From contig CAZVGS010000002.1 of assembly GCA_964627245.1 (NCBI GenBank), positions 90,923 through 154,922 on the forward strand: a stretch of DNA of 64,000 bases, read 5' to 3'. The stretch's first letter is position 1, and every line of letters begins with the position of its first letter. The DNA comes from an uncultured Gammaproteobacteria bacterium (GTDB taxonomy: Bacteria > Patescibacteriota > Microgenomatia > Levybacterales > GWA1-39-11). The position numbers and the translations under genes were made by a program. This document shows positions 55,107 to 64,000 of this stretch, in pieces. Under the pieces are notes generated by a model. The model ran no database searches and had not been told where the DNA came from. It was given only the letters and a program-made list of their open reading frames with translations.

Positions 55107-56119
55107 ATTTTTTTTCTGAGTTTTAGATATAACCATCTAGCTTTGTCCGCAATTTTATAAATTTGATACATATTTTTACTTATAATCAAATCATAGCTTC
55201 CTGCAAATTCGGTTAATGTTGCGCCATAGCCTTCTTTGAATTTGTGAAATCCAAACCATGGATCTTTAGGGTCAGGATTATTTCCAAGGGCTCCCCACAT
55301 ATCAAAGTATTTCAAACCGAGGCTTTTCCCGAATTTAATAGACTCCCACATAATAAGATTTGATGCCATTACTTTTCTATTCTCGGAAGATGATGCGCCG
55401 TAGGGATAGTAAAGATAATCATGGAATACAAAAAGAACCCAGGAGGTCAGAGTTTTTTTGTTATATTTAGCATTTATCAAGTGAGCGCTGAGTCCTTTAT
55501 TCTTAATATTTAAGTTGCCTAATGTCTCCCACATTTTTTTGTGATAATCAGGAGTATGTGCAAAGAACTTCTGTCTGTTTGTTGTTTCCTCTGTAAGCCT
55601 TAAATACTCTTCAAATGCCTTTTGCGAGTTCTCAATTTCTATTTTAACTCCATGTTTTTGAGCCACTTTAATATTGTATCTGGTTTTTGAGTGAAAGCTT
55701 TTCATAAGCTCTTCTTCATTTTTTGTTAAGTCTAAAATGAACGTAAATTTGGTAAAAAGAGGATGGAAAGAAGGCCGAAGAGCACTGTTGTTGATTAACG
55801 ATTTACGATTTATGACATTTGGTTCGAGTTGGATAAAAATGCAATTATTGTCTGTTCCAATTTTTTTTAATTCGTCAAGAATTTCTTTTGTTGGATTATT
55901 ACCCTTTGGCAAATATCCTATCGTGAGTTTGGTCCTTGGTATTTTGTGAATTGTTAATGTAAATCCGTCAACTAACTTTCCATTTTTTATCAAACCTCTT
56001 CTAACAACCTTAACTCCTGTTTTTTTTCTGAATTCACCCCATTCATAGCTTTGGAGAGGATGAGAAACAACTAAATTGAAATTATTTTTATTTGACTCGT
56101 TGATATCAGTAAATTCCAT
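55097..56119 (-). CDS. femX: FemAB/FemX peptidoglycan bridge aminoacyltransferase
   Basis: HPLQSYEWGEF, KTRYNIKVAQKHGV, YPYGASS, FDMWG, FKEGYG. Confidence 0.88.
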   Translation of the reverse strand: MEFTDINESNKNNFNLVVSHPLQSYEWGEFRKKTGVKVVRRGLIKNGKLVDGFTLTIHKIPRTKLTIGYLPKGNNPTKEILDELKKIGTDNNCIFIQLEPNVINRKSLINNSALRPSFHPLFTKFTFILDLTKNEEELMKSFHSKTRYNIKVAQKHGVKIEIENSQKAFEEYLRLTEETTNRQKFFAHTPDYHKKMWETLGNLNIKNKGLSAHLINAKYNKKTLTSWVLFVFHDYLYYPYGASSSENRKVMASNLIMWESIKFGKSLGLKYFDMWGALGNNPDPKDPWFGFHKFKEGYGATLTEFAGSYDLIISKNMYQIYKIADKARWLYLKLRKKIQI

Positions 56120-56162
56120 ATTTCCCAGTATTAACTATCTACAGAATAACGGCAAGCTCTTT

Positions 56163-58019
56163 TCACCAGTACTCTTTATTTAGAATGGTAGTGTCAATGT
56201 TGTTATACGAAAGGACTTCTTCGGGAAGCTCATAAATAAATCTTGAAGGGGTGGCGGTATTTCTTTGACCGAAGATAATTCTCTGTCTTGCATAAGTCAA
56301 GTATAAGTTTTTTTTAGCTCGAGTTACGCCGACATAACAAAGCCGGCGTTCTTCTTCTATATCTGAATAGTCAAAGAGACTCTGAGCATGTGGAAAGACT
56401 CCTTCTTCAAGACCCACAATAAAAACCATACTAAACTCCAATCCTTTTGCAGCATGCATAGTCATTAGAGTTACCGCTTGTTCATTTTCCAAAGCTTTCT
56501 TTCCATTTGGCAAATAATCTTGCTCAACAAGCGCAACGTTTTCTAGAAAATCTATTAGATTTGGAAATTCAATAGCAACAGAACGCAACTCCTTAATATT
56601 TTCCAGCCGAGATCTGTCCTCAGCGTCTTCGGGGTCATACCTTTCTAAATACTTAGATTTTTTAAGTACTTCATCAATGATTTCAATTGTTTCTTTGCTG
56701 TCTATGTAGTTTGATTCATTAAACTCTCTTCTATAGAACTCAAATTCTTCAAACCTCCTTTTACCTAATTTTTGTATTCTTTTTAATGAAACTTCATCTT
56801 TTTGATTTGAAAGATATGAAATATAGGAAAGAACGTCTTTCACTTCTTTTCTATCATAAAATCTGACACCTCCTACAAGTTTGTATGGGATAGAGTGATG
56901 TAGAAAGACTTCCTCAAGTGTTCTTGATTGGGCATTCATCCGGTACAATATGGCAACATTATTCAAGTCAAAGTCAGGATCTGAAGATCTCTTCTCGGAT
57001 ATTTTTTTTACAATGTACTCCGCTTCTTTATGTTCATTATCTGCCTCAAAAATGTTTATTTCATCCCCTTCTTTATTATCGGTCCAAAGATTTAATACAG
57101 GATGAGAGGAATTATTGGAGATTATAGAATAGGCTGCGTCAAGAATTATTTGGGTTGATCTATAATTTTGTGATAGTTTGAAGATCTTTGATGTGGGATA
57201 ATCGTTCTTGAATTTCTCCAAATTCTTGTAGTCAGCTCCCCTAAATGAATAAATACTTTGAGAGAAATCTCCAACGATGCAAATGTTATTATTTTTTTCG
57301 GATAAGTATTTTGTGAGCTTATATTGACTCAGATTTGTGTCTTGATATTCATCAATTAGTATATATTGAAAAATATCTTGATAATAATTTAATGTTTTGG
57401 GTGAATCCTTGAAAAGCGTTAACGTTTTGTTCAACAGGTCGTCAAAGTCAAGTGCATTTCTTTCGAAAAGCAGCTGCTGATATAGGGGATAAATTTTTGC
57501 AACTCTTTCCTGAATGTATCCCCTTGCATATTTTTTGTATTGTTCTTCATCAATCATTTGATTTTTAGCAGAGGATATTGCCTCAAGTGCAGCGCGGGGC
57601 CTTACATCTTTGACTGAAAACTCCAGCTTCTCGAAGCAGTCTTTTATAGTATCGATCTGATCATTTGTGTCGTAGATCACGAAATTATGAGGTATTCCAA
57701 TGGCAACTCCGCTCTTTCTCAATATCCTTGCGCATAAGGAATGGAATGTTGACACTGTCGGTGTGTCACCCATACTTTCCATTGCCTGATTTTGAAGCAG
57801 CTTTATTCTATCCCTCATCTCCCCCGCCGCTTTATTCGAAAAGGTTACCATGAGGATGTTAGCTGGATTAACACCTTTTTCATTTATCAGATACAATACC
57901 TTATTAACCAATACTCTTGTTTTGCCGCTTCCAGCACCAGCAAGTATAATCGCAGGGCCGTTAACGTGCTTAACGGCTTCGAGTTGTTCTTTATTCAATT
58001 TGTTGAGCGGATCTATCAT
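56163..58019 (-). CDS. pcrA: ATP-dependent DNA helicase PcrA/UvrD
   Basis: AGAGSGKT, TFHS, DEYQD, QNYRS, MHAAKGLEF, EEERRLCYVGVTRA. Confidence 0.95.
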   Translation of the reverse strand: MIDPLNKLNKEQLEAVKHVNGPAIILAGAGSGKTRVLVNKVLYLINEKGVNPANILMVTFSNKAAGEMRDRIKLLQNQAMESMGDTPTVSTFHSLCARILRKSGVAIGIPHNFVIYDTNDQIDTIKDCFEKLEFSVKDVRPRAALEAISSAKNQMIDEEQYKKYARGYIQERVAKIYPLYQQLLFERNALDFDDLLNKTLTLFKDSPKTLNYYQDIFQYILIDEYQDTNLSQYKLTKYLSEKNNNICIVGDFSQSIYSFRGADYKNLEKFKNDYPTSKIFKLSQNYRSTQIILDAAYSIISNNSSHPVLNLWTDNKEGDEINIFEADNEHKEAEYIVKKISEKRSSDPDFDLNNVAILYRMNAQSRTLEEVFLHHSIPYKLVGGVRFYDRKEVKDVLSYISYLSNQKDEVSLKRIQKLGKRRFEEFEFYRREFNESNYIDSKETIEIIDEVLKKSKYLERYDPEDAEDRSRLENIKELRSVAIEFPNLIDFLENVALVEQDYLPNGKKALENEQAVTLMTMHAAKGLEFSMVFIVGLEEGVFPHAQSLFDYSDIEEERRLCYVGVTRAKKNLYLTYARQRIIFGQRNTATPSRFIYELPEEVLSYNNIDTTILNKEYW

Positions 58020-58049
58020 TTGCTATAATTATACGATATTGCCCTTGTT

Positions 58050-58712
58050 ATGAATAAAAAACTATATATAGCAAATTGGAAATCACACAAAACAAAAGAG
58101 GAGGCAATAATTTTTTTCAACAGCCTAAAGACCGAAATAGATAAAGTAGATCTTTCAGATAAGGAAATAGTAATTGCCCCGCCTTTTACTCTTATTGCAG
58201 AATGCAGAGATCTAATTGAAAAACACAATCTTCCGGTAAAATTAGCTGCACAAAATGTTTCTCCATTTCCCCAGGGTGCCTATACCGGTGAGGTTAACGC
58301 CAGACAAGTAGCAGAGTTTGCGGAATATGTAATTATTGGTCATTCTGAGAGAAGAAAATATTTCCATGAGGCAGAGGCTGATTTGGAGAATAAAATTCGA
58401 GAGGCAAAAGAGGTAGGCCTTACAATTATTCAGTGTGTTCAAGATGAAAATGGGATAGTCCACAAAGGAGTAGGGATTGTTGCATACGAACCCCCTAGCG
58501 CGATAGGGTCAGGTGACCCAGACGACCCCGAGCATGTCGCATACGTTTTTAAGAATATAAGTGCAGACAATTCTGACGTTTCGGTCCTGTATGGGGGGAG
58601 TATAAACCCTGGAAATATAAAAAGTTATCTAGGTATTGAGAAATTGGCGGGATTTTTAATTGGCGGGGCAAGCCTGGAAGCTGATTCATTCATTTCACTT
58701 CTTAATGGTTAA
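58050..58712 (+). CDS. tpiA: Triosephosphate isomerase
   Basis: ANWK, GAYTGEV, GHSERR, AYEP, LYGGS, LIGGASL. Confidence 0.93.
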   Translation: MNKKLYIANWKSHKTKEEAIIFFNSLKTEIDKVDLSDKEIVIAPPFTLIAECRDLIEKHNLPVKLAAQNVSPFPQGAYTGEVNARQVAEFAEYVIIGHSERRKYFHEAEADLENKIREAKEVGLTIIQCVQDENGIVHKGVGIVAYEPPSAIGSGDPDDPEHVAYVFKNISADNSDVSVLYGGSINPGNIKSYLGIEKLAGFLIGGASLEADSFISLLNG

Positions 58713-59856
58713 AGAAACAAAACTCCAGAAAAAAAATATACTGCTTCTTTGTGCAGTCGTAGCTTTTATACTGATCGGAATTTTCCACAAACAGCTTGGA
58801 TCGCTTCTCGGAATTTTTTATGGAGTAACTATTGATAAAGCGATCAACCTTACAGCGCGTGAAAAGGAGTCATTCAACATTGCACTTCTAGGTATTGGAG
58901 GCGCAGCCCACGACGGACCTGATCTTTCAGACACGATGATTGTTGCAAACGTTAATCTAAAACAGAATGAAGTTTTTATGTTTTCCATTCCCAGGGATTT
59001 GTGGATCGAGCGGAACAAAGACAAAATTAACGGCATTTATGCCAAAGAAAAAAATGATGGCAATGGGTTAGGAGGGGTTGCGGGAGTTTTGGAAATGATT
59101 ACCGGCCAAAAAATTGATTATGTATTTGTTCTTGATTTTGAAGGATTTACAAAACTCGTAGATCATCTTGGGGGTATAGATGTTAATGTTACTTCTACAT
59201 TAGACGATTATCATTATCCTATTGAGGGGCTCGAAAACGAAACATGCGGAAAGAGCGATGAGGAAATATCGGAGTTCTCAGCTACGGTTTCGGCGGAAAT
59301 GGATTTTTGGGACTACTTCCCTTGCAGGTACAAACACCTGCATGTTGATAAAGGAACAGTTCATATGGATGGCCAGCTTGCTTTGGAGTTTGTCAGATCC
59401 AGGCACGGAGTTGGTTCTGAGGGTAGTGATTTCGCAAGGTCTAAAAGACAACAGCAAGTGATTACGGCATTAAAGGATAAGGCTTTTTCACTTGGCGTGA
59501 TATTAAATCCTGTAAAACTGATTGGGGTATTTAATATTTTAAGGGAAAATATTGATACAAATATTGATATCGAGAAAGTAGATGATTTTATAAAGCTTGC
59601 AGATAAGTTGAAGGACGGAGAAATTAACAGTTACGTTTTTGATCAAGGAAATGGGTCTGATGAGTTTGGATTATTGCTAAATCCACCAATAACCGAAGAG
59701 TATAGATATAAATGGGTTCTTATTCCAAGGATTGGCAATGATGATTTTTCTGAGATTAAAGAGTATGTTAGTTGTGTTACAAAAGGTGATGATTGTAGGA
59801 TAGGAAAACAGGGCATCCTCACTCCATCACCAACTGCAGTTGATGATACCCGCTAG
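58705..59856 (+). CDS. LCP (LytR-CpsA-Psr) family glycopolymer transferase
   Basis: NIALLG, SDTMIV, SIPRDLW, KIN, FVRSRH, SDFARSKRQQ. Confidence 0.92.
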   Translation: MVKETKLQKKNILLLCAVVAFILIGIFHKQLGSLLGIFYGVTIDKAINLTAREKESFNIALLGIGGAAHDGPDLSDTMIVANVNLKQNEVFMFSIPRDLWIERNKDKINGIYAKEKNDGNGLGGVAGVLEMITGQKIDYVFVLDFEGFTKLVDHLGGIDVNVTSTLDDYHYPIEGLENETCGKSDEEISEFSATVSAEMDFWDYFPCRYKHLHVDKGTVHMDGQLALEFVRSRHGVGSEGSDFARSKRQQQVITALKDKAFSLGVILNPVKLIGVFNILRENIDTNIDIEKVDDFIKLADKLKDGEINSYVFDQGNGSDEFGLLLNPPITEEYRYKWVLIPRIGNDDFSEIKEYVSCVTKGDDCRIGKQGILTPSPTAVDDTR

Positions 59857-61994
59857 AGCTTGTATAGTTTTGAATTGTTAACCTTAAATACAACTTTTCC
59901 AAGTACGCCGAATTTCTCCTCATCAATGTTTTGGTACTTTTCCCTTTCAAGATTTCCGATATAAACATATTCTATATTATATTTCTCAATAAGCGGTATT
60001 GTTTGCGCAAACCCTGCCTCGTATAAATTTTTAATGTCATCAAGTCTTGATTGAGGAAAACTGTAGTCTCCCCGCCATAACCATTCATGGACAGTCCAGC
60101 CAAGCGGTGTGGGAAGTCCCGTGTTTGCAGAAATTCTGCCATAGTCGGTATAAGAGTCTCCCTGGGCTTCCAGAATAATCGGCTGGCCTTTTATATTTTT
60201 TTGTATCCAGAGGATTGCTAGATAGTCATCTCCCCGCGAAGATTTTAAGTAACTAATTCCATCTAGGCTTTTTTGGTTCTTAAGTTCACCAAAATACGAA
60301 TTAACCGCAAAGTACGGGTACATAAGAATTAATGCTAGAAAGAAGAATATGACTGGTATCCATCTAGCCCTTTTGCCGTTGTGAAGTATGTATGTTATAG
60401 AAAAACTTGTAACAAGCATAAGCATAATAAATGCCTGATATCCTAGCTTGAACATTGTGTTGGCCCGGTAATGTGCAGGATAGATATCTTTTGCGTATAT
60501 GAATTCCGGAGCGGCAATTAAGATTGTTGATAGGAGAGTTAAAAGTAAAAGATATATAAAAACAGCGGGCGTTTTTTTAAGTCTTAATATTTTGATAACA
60601 AAAACAGTCGTGAATAGATAGAAGAAACCATAAAGAATTGTAAGCATCCAAAATGGAGTCCTTTGACAATGATCTGCTTCAAATATGAATGGTCCTACTC
60701 TTCCTAAATTAATTAAGAAATCCGGTGCACATAAAATACCAATCCCGGATACGAAAGGTTTGAAATTAATGTTGAAAGGAAATGTAAAAATAAAATATCC
60801 AAATCCAGCAAATAAGATGATCTTAAGGCTCGCTAGTAAATAAGTTCTTTTATTTGTAATTCTATTAAAATAATATTTAAAATTAAACCAATGGATTTTA
60901 TTCTTTGTATCTTTAATCCCTAATAAATCGCTTCTCCAAATAAAAGCTGTCATTATCAGCAGGATAAAATAAATTATTCCATCCCATGCATTTGTCATAT
61001 ACATAACAGCGAGCATAAAGGAAATGAGAAGGGTAATTTTATAAGTAAGTTTTTTATCCAGAAAAACTTTTAGTATCAATGCAAGAGTCAGAAAGACAAA
61101 TGGTATGTCCAGGACATGTCCATGAAGATCTGAAACTACGAATGAGTAAGATGGAAATTCATGAATAGTGAAAGGTATGAATCTTGTAGCATTTGGATAC
61201 CAGTAACTATTCGGAAATGTCTGTGGTAGAAAGGGCAACTGCCAAAAAGGAACAGGATTTTCAGGAGGAGAGTATGGCTTAAAAAAGGTGTATACGGTAT
61301 GCAGATTTCCACCTAGGGACGTTATTATTCCTGCTAAAAAACCCGACAAGACACTTGTTTTATTGGACTTAAAAACAACAGAACTAACAGTCGAAACGAT
61401 AGAAAGAGAACACGTAACAGTGAAAGCAAAAATTGTTGAAAGCATAAGGTTGAAAGCAATAAAAGGCGGTATGTTTGAAAGTTTGATTAATACAGCTGTA
61501 GTTAAATGTCCAAAATAATAATAATTTATTGAAAAAGGAGGAAACCAGATGTCTGTCGGCGGAAAGTAAGTGCTTCTTAGTATAGAATTCATGAATCCGA
61601 AATCCATGAATTTCTCAAGACCATTTATGTCAGGTTGGAATGATTTTATATAACTCCAAAAAGAAAGAGCTAGCAGGAATATAGCTTCTTGAAAGAGAAT
61701 AACGGTGATATCTTTCTTTTGTAATTTAAGTTTGTGTTTGCGTAATAACCACAGGTTAAAAAGACCTGCAGCTGCAATAATTATAAATATTGAAAATCTA
61801 GTGAAAGGCAAAATATGCAGCACTCCGGCTATGAATATTGCATACGATAGAACTAAAATCCCAATTATCTTTGAGAAAATGTATCCTTTGTCAAAAAATT
61901 TTGGGAAAAGAGATTTGGTAACCGGCAAGAAAAGAAGTCCGATTCCCAGAAGGACAAACCACCATTTTAGAATAAAAACAAAGTCAGAATTCAT
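59853..61994 (-). CDS. DUF2298 (YYY-domain) polytopic membrane protein, GT-C-like
   Basis: EKFMDFGF, INYYYFG, EFPSYSFVVSDLHGH, NTMFKLGYQ, GWTVHEWLWR. Confidence 0.85.
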   Translation of the reverse strand: MNSDFVFILKWWFVLLGIGLLFLPVTKSLFPKFFDKGYIFSKIIGILVLSYAIFIAGVLHILPFTRFSIFIIIAAAGLFNLWLLRKHKLKLQKKDITVILFQEAIFLLALSFWSYIKSFQPDINGLEKFMDFGFMNSILRSTYFPPTDIWFPPFSINYYYFGHLTTAVLIKLSNIPPFIAFNLMLSTIFAFTVTCSLSIVSTVSSVVFKSNKTSVLSGFLAGIITSLGGNLHTVYTFFKPYSPPENPVPFWQLPFLPQTFPNSYWYPNATRFIPFTIHEFPSYSFVVSDLHGHVLDIPFVFLTLALILKVFLDKKLTYKITLLISFMLAVMYMTNAWDGIIYFILLIMTAFIWRSDLLGIKDTKNKIHWFNFKYYFNRITNKRTYLLASLKIILFAGFGYFIFTFPFNINFKPFVSGIGILCAPDFLINLGRVGPFIFEADHCQRTPFWMLTILYGFFYLFTTVFVIKILRLKKTPAVFIYLLLLTLLSTILIAAPEFIYAKDIYPAHYRANTMFKLGYQAFIMLMLVTSFSITYILHNGKRARWIPVIFFFLALILMYPYFAVNSYFGELKNQKSLDGISYLKSSRGDDYLAILWIQKNIKGQPIILEAQGDSYTDYGRISANTGLPTPLGWTVHEWLWRGDYSFPQSRLDDIKNLYEAGFAQTIPLIEKYNIEYVYIGNLEREKYQNIDEEKFGVLGKVVFKVNNSKLYKL

Positions 61995-62572
61995 TATGCC
62001 TTTATATATTTTAGAAGTTCTTCAAGATTTGTTATTGGAGTAACATTTTTTGGAAGCTCTGAAGGTATGGATTGATTATTCATTACCCAATAAATTTTTA
62101 GTTTTGGATTCTTTTTTGCTAAGTAGGTAGATAAATGTATATCATCGTCTATATATGTATCAATTTTTAATTTTTCTATAGTTTTGGACTTAAATAAATG
62201 AGGCTGTGAATTGTTGTAGTTGAAGTAAATTCCGTCAAAGTATTTAGCCAATCCATACTTATCCAATAATTTTTCAGTTCTATTTCTTAAAAAACCGAAC
62301 CTGCTTGAAACAAGATAGGTTTTATTATTTTTAATTGTATAAATTTTTTTTAAAGTATTAACATTCTCGTTAATTAGCGGTCTAAAGATGGGATAGTGTG
62401 TCAGTATTCTAATTTTTTGTTCAAATTTACCCGGGAATCTATAGTGCATCTTGCCGTTTTTTGTTGTGCTCTTAAAATAGGTAGAGCCTTTATATAAAAA
62501 ATCAATTAAAGAATACGGAACGTAGGGAGGGTAATCAATAAAAACTTTGTCAAAGTCAAACCCAATTACCAT
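61994..62572 (-). CDS. HAD-like (5'-nucleotidase-type) protein
   Basis: IGFDFDKVF, VSSR, K, YIDDD. Confidence 0.7.
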   Translation of the reverse strand: MVIGFDFDKVFIDYPPYVPYSLIDFLYKGSTYFKSTTKNGKMHYRFPGKFEQKIRILTHYPIFRPLINENVNTLKKIYTIKNNKTYLVSSRFGFLRNRTEKLLDKYGLAKYFDGIYFNYNNSQPHLFKSKTIEKLKIDTYIDDDIHLSTYLAKKNPKLKIYWVMNNQSIPSELPKNVTPITNLEELLKYIKA

Positions 62573-62574
62573 AT

Positions 62575-63615
62575 TTATTTAAAAAACTTTTGTGCAAAAT
62601 CAACAAGCTTAAAATTCCAAACGGTTCTATGCGTTGTCCCTTCTCTTCCGATAAATTCTTTCCTATGTTTTCTATACCAATCATATGATTCATCTAAAAT
62701 ATCTTGATTGCTTTTCTTGGGTTTGAATTTTAGGATTTTTTTTGCCTTATCAATGCTTACGTAAGAATCGACAGGAAAAGTTTTATAGTGCCATGCAACT
62801 AATGGAGAAAGATTGAGAGCTTCTAATATCGAAAGTGCAATTTGTGTCGGCAGGACCGGAAGCGCTATTATTTTTGATTTCGATCCGGCAGATTTAATCA
62901 AGTTTGTTAAGTTTTCCCTCCACGTTCCGAATTTTTCAGACCCTATATTAACTATTTCACCGGATTTTTTTATAGTGAGCGCAGAATGAATAGCATCGCA
63001 TAAATCGCCAACTTCAAGAAGCTGATATAAATTATTCCCATTGCCTAATATAAAAACCGGCCTGTTATTGTAGATTGCTTCAAACCAAATGGTGAATACG
63101 CCGAGCCGCTCAGGTCCCAAAAAAGATTTTGGTCTTAAAATATTTACTTGCAGACCCTTTTTTTGATAGGACATGCATAGTTTTTCGGCTTCAGCCTTGG
63201 ACTCTCCGTAGTGCCCAATAGGATATATCTTGTCTGTTTCCTTTTCAGGTAAGGTTCTGGGAACCCCGTACATAGCAGTTGTTGAGATAAAAACAACTCT
63301 TTTAACTTTGTGATTTAATGCAGCTTTTAGGACATTTTTTGTGCCGTTAACATTCACGTCAAAAATATATTTTTTGTCATGATGGATCGGAAGCGCTGCT
63401 GCGGCGTGAACAACATAGTCAACTTTACTAAAATAATCCTCAATCCTGTTGAAGTTTCTGATGTCTTCATTAATAACTACAACTTTCCCTTCAAGGTCTT
63501 TAGCAGTTAAAGGAGCAGTATCCAGAAGGATAACGCGATACTTCTGTTTTAAAAAAAATCGTGACAAGTGTACTCCTAAAAATCCTGTTCCACCCGTAAT
63601 TAATATGCTTTTCAT
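62575..63615 (-). CDS. NAD-dependent epimerase/dehydratase
   Basis: TGGTGFLG, HAAA, YGESK, ILRP. Confidence 0.9.
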   Translation of the reverse strand: MKSILITGGTGFLGVHLSRFFLKQKYRVILLDTAPLTAKDLEGKVVVINEDIRNFNRIEDYFSKVDYVVHAAAALPIHHDKKYIFDVNVNGTKNVLKAALNHKVKRVVFISTTAMYGVPRTLPEKETDKIYPIGHYGESKAEAEKLCMSYQKKGLQVNILRPKSFLGPERLGVFTIWFEAIYNNRPVFILGNGNNLYQLLEVGDLCDAIHSALTIKKSGEIVNIGSEKFGTWRENLTNLIKSAGSKSKIIALPVLPTQIALSILEALNLSPLVAWHYKTFPVDSYVSIDKAKKILKFKPKKSNQDILDESYDWYRKHRKEFIGREGTTHRTVWNFKLVDFAQKFFK

Positions 63616-63655
63616 AAAATCTAATTCTAGTCAATAAAAGAAATTAAATCAATGC

Positions 63656-64000
63656 TTATTGTTTTTTGAAAATCATAATTTTTGGATGATCATACACAGT
63701 GAATGATTCATCAGCAGTGCTGTCATTTAGAGTGATATTGAGAAAAGGTACGGTTGGATATTCTGAAAACTCAGCTACTTTGGTAAAGCCTAAGTTGCCT
63801 GAAAACAAATTATTGTAGTAATTTGCCGTCTGTGGGTAGCACTTCCCTGGCAGTAATTTATCACAGTCTGTCATTTTTTGCAGGGGTGTATATAGTCTAT
63901 TGGAAGCAATTATTATGTATTCTGCTCTTTGTAGCGAAGCATTGATACCCTGCCATTTAGATGGTGTATCTGGATTATACAAAGGTAGGGATTCATGGAT
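63656..64000 (-). CDS. C-terminal part of a probable membrane glycosyltransferase (GT39/PMT-like); start lies outside the window
   Basis: YIIIASNRLY...YYNNLFSGNLGF...ADESFTVYDHPKIMIF; frame appears open to the window edge. Confidence 0.65.
   Translation of the reverse strand: MHESLPLYNPDTPSKWQGINASLQRAEYIIIASNRLYTPLQKMTDCDKLLPGKCYPQTANYYNNLFSGNLGFTKVAEFSEYPTVPFLNITLNDSTADESFTVYDHPKIMIFKKQ

Noticed and set aside
1-64000. CRISPR array, integrase/transposase, prophage, rRNA, intron or intein
   Set aside because: No regularly spaced repeats or hallmark genes seen; nrdJ, clpB, dnaA and pcrA show no intein-sized insertions

Overview
Chromosomal window spanning the replication origin of a bacterium using genetic code 11 (TGA is a stop). 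The gene repertoire (DUF5667, DUF2298, N-terminally truncated ClpB, VirB2-like pilin array, few Shine-Dalgarno sites, many leaderless genes) suggests a Patescibacteria/CPR organism, probably Microgenomates; this assignment is inference. Contents in order: truB; CIRCE-controlled clpB; dnaA-oriC-dnaN; a ~17 kb type IV secretion-like locus abutting dnaN (cell-wall hydrolases, VirB4, PrgI, four pilins, an NTPase-wHTH regulator, VirB6, two giant helical proteins); nrdR-nrdJ-cobalamin riboswitch-pduO; comF; ssrA/smpB; a rare tRNA-Ile(UAU); a VirD4-like ATPase; two tRNA-Ser with a broken GIY-YIG gene; accessory genes; pyrC/pyrD; Ni-SOD (sodN-sodX); femX, pcrA, tpiA, LCP and surface-glycan genes. The best candidate for an undescribed system is at 49.5-53.8 kb. 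There, a non-canonical GTP cyclohydrolase II (Tyr105 equivalent is Leu), a HAD phosphatase, a PfkB kinase and an SDR form an operon transcribed divergently from an HTH fused to a degenerate orotate-PRTase fold, with a perfect 14-bp palindrome over the divergent promoter region. All calls come from motif recognition by eye; no database searches were run.
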